Source of the DNA: Zygophlyctis sp. KS116
Lineage: Eukaryota; Fungi; Chytridiomycota
NCBI GenBank assembly: GCA_054661495.1
Contig: BAAFSQ010000409.1
Location: 1-7,277 of the forward strand
Reading direction: 5' to 3'
Length of the DNA stretch: 7,277 bases
In this document: positions 7,159-7,277 of the stretch, piece by piece
Layout of the letters: the number at the start of each line of letters is the position of its first letter
How positions within the stretch are numbered: position 1 is the first letter of the stretch
Program-made: the position numbers and the translations under genes
Notes under the pieces: generated by a model
The model's input: the letters and a program-made list of their open reading frames with translations, nothing else
Told to the model about the DNA's origin: nothing
The model's database searches: none

Positions 7159-7277
7159 TTATTCATTTAAGAGTTGGTTTCGGAGTCGCAAGTTTTTCTT
7201 TTGTTTCAATTTAATCGCCTCTATGGACTCTATGTTTTACAAGCAAAATATCCAGCTACCTGTTCTTAAAGGTGCAT
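7159..7277 (-). CDS. Probable 3' end of an unidentified convergent gene; complement(join(7159..7229,7260..>7277)) with a 30-nt intron at 7230-7259
   Basis: GTAGCT...TAG 30-mer fits the local intron pattern; spliced frame reads APLRT|ESIEAIKLKQKKNLRLRNQLLNE*. No family recognised. Confidence 0.5.

Overview
AT-rich, very compact eukaryotic genomic DNA read in the standard code (TAA and TAG are stops). The ORF track is fragmented because several genes are split by ultra-short GT-AG introns of 23-30 nt, which I reconstructed by hand. Left to right: an Mpv17/SYM1-like gene (-, truncated by the window edge), a TLC-domain membrane protein (-), STE24 CAAX prenyl protease (-), a GC-rich divergent spacer, a DENND6-family Rab GEF (+, 6-7 introns), ARL2BP/BART (-, 2 introns), an 84-bp divergent spacer with an inverted repeat, an aldehyde dehydrogenase (+, 2 introns) and probably the 3' end of another gene (-). 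A fungal-like STE24, SYM1 and ALDH together with the cilium-associated ARL2BP suggest a zoosporic fungus or relative (inference). The most notable signals are: (1) tiny introns with a degenerate GTAnnT donor and several stop-less 3n introns; (2) an intron-free, co-oriented STE24-TLC-Mpv17 trio separated by only 44 and 16 bp, which looks operon-like; (3) an ACCGAC motif shared by both divergent promoters. Nothing was confirmed by database search or RNA data.
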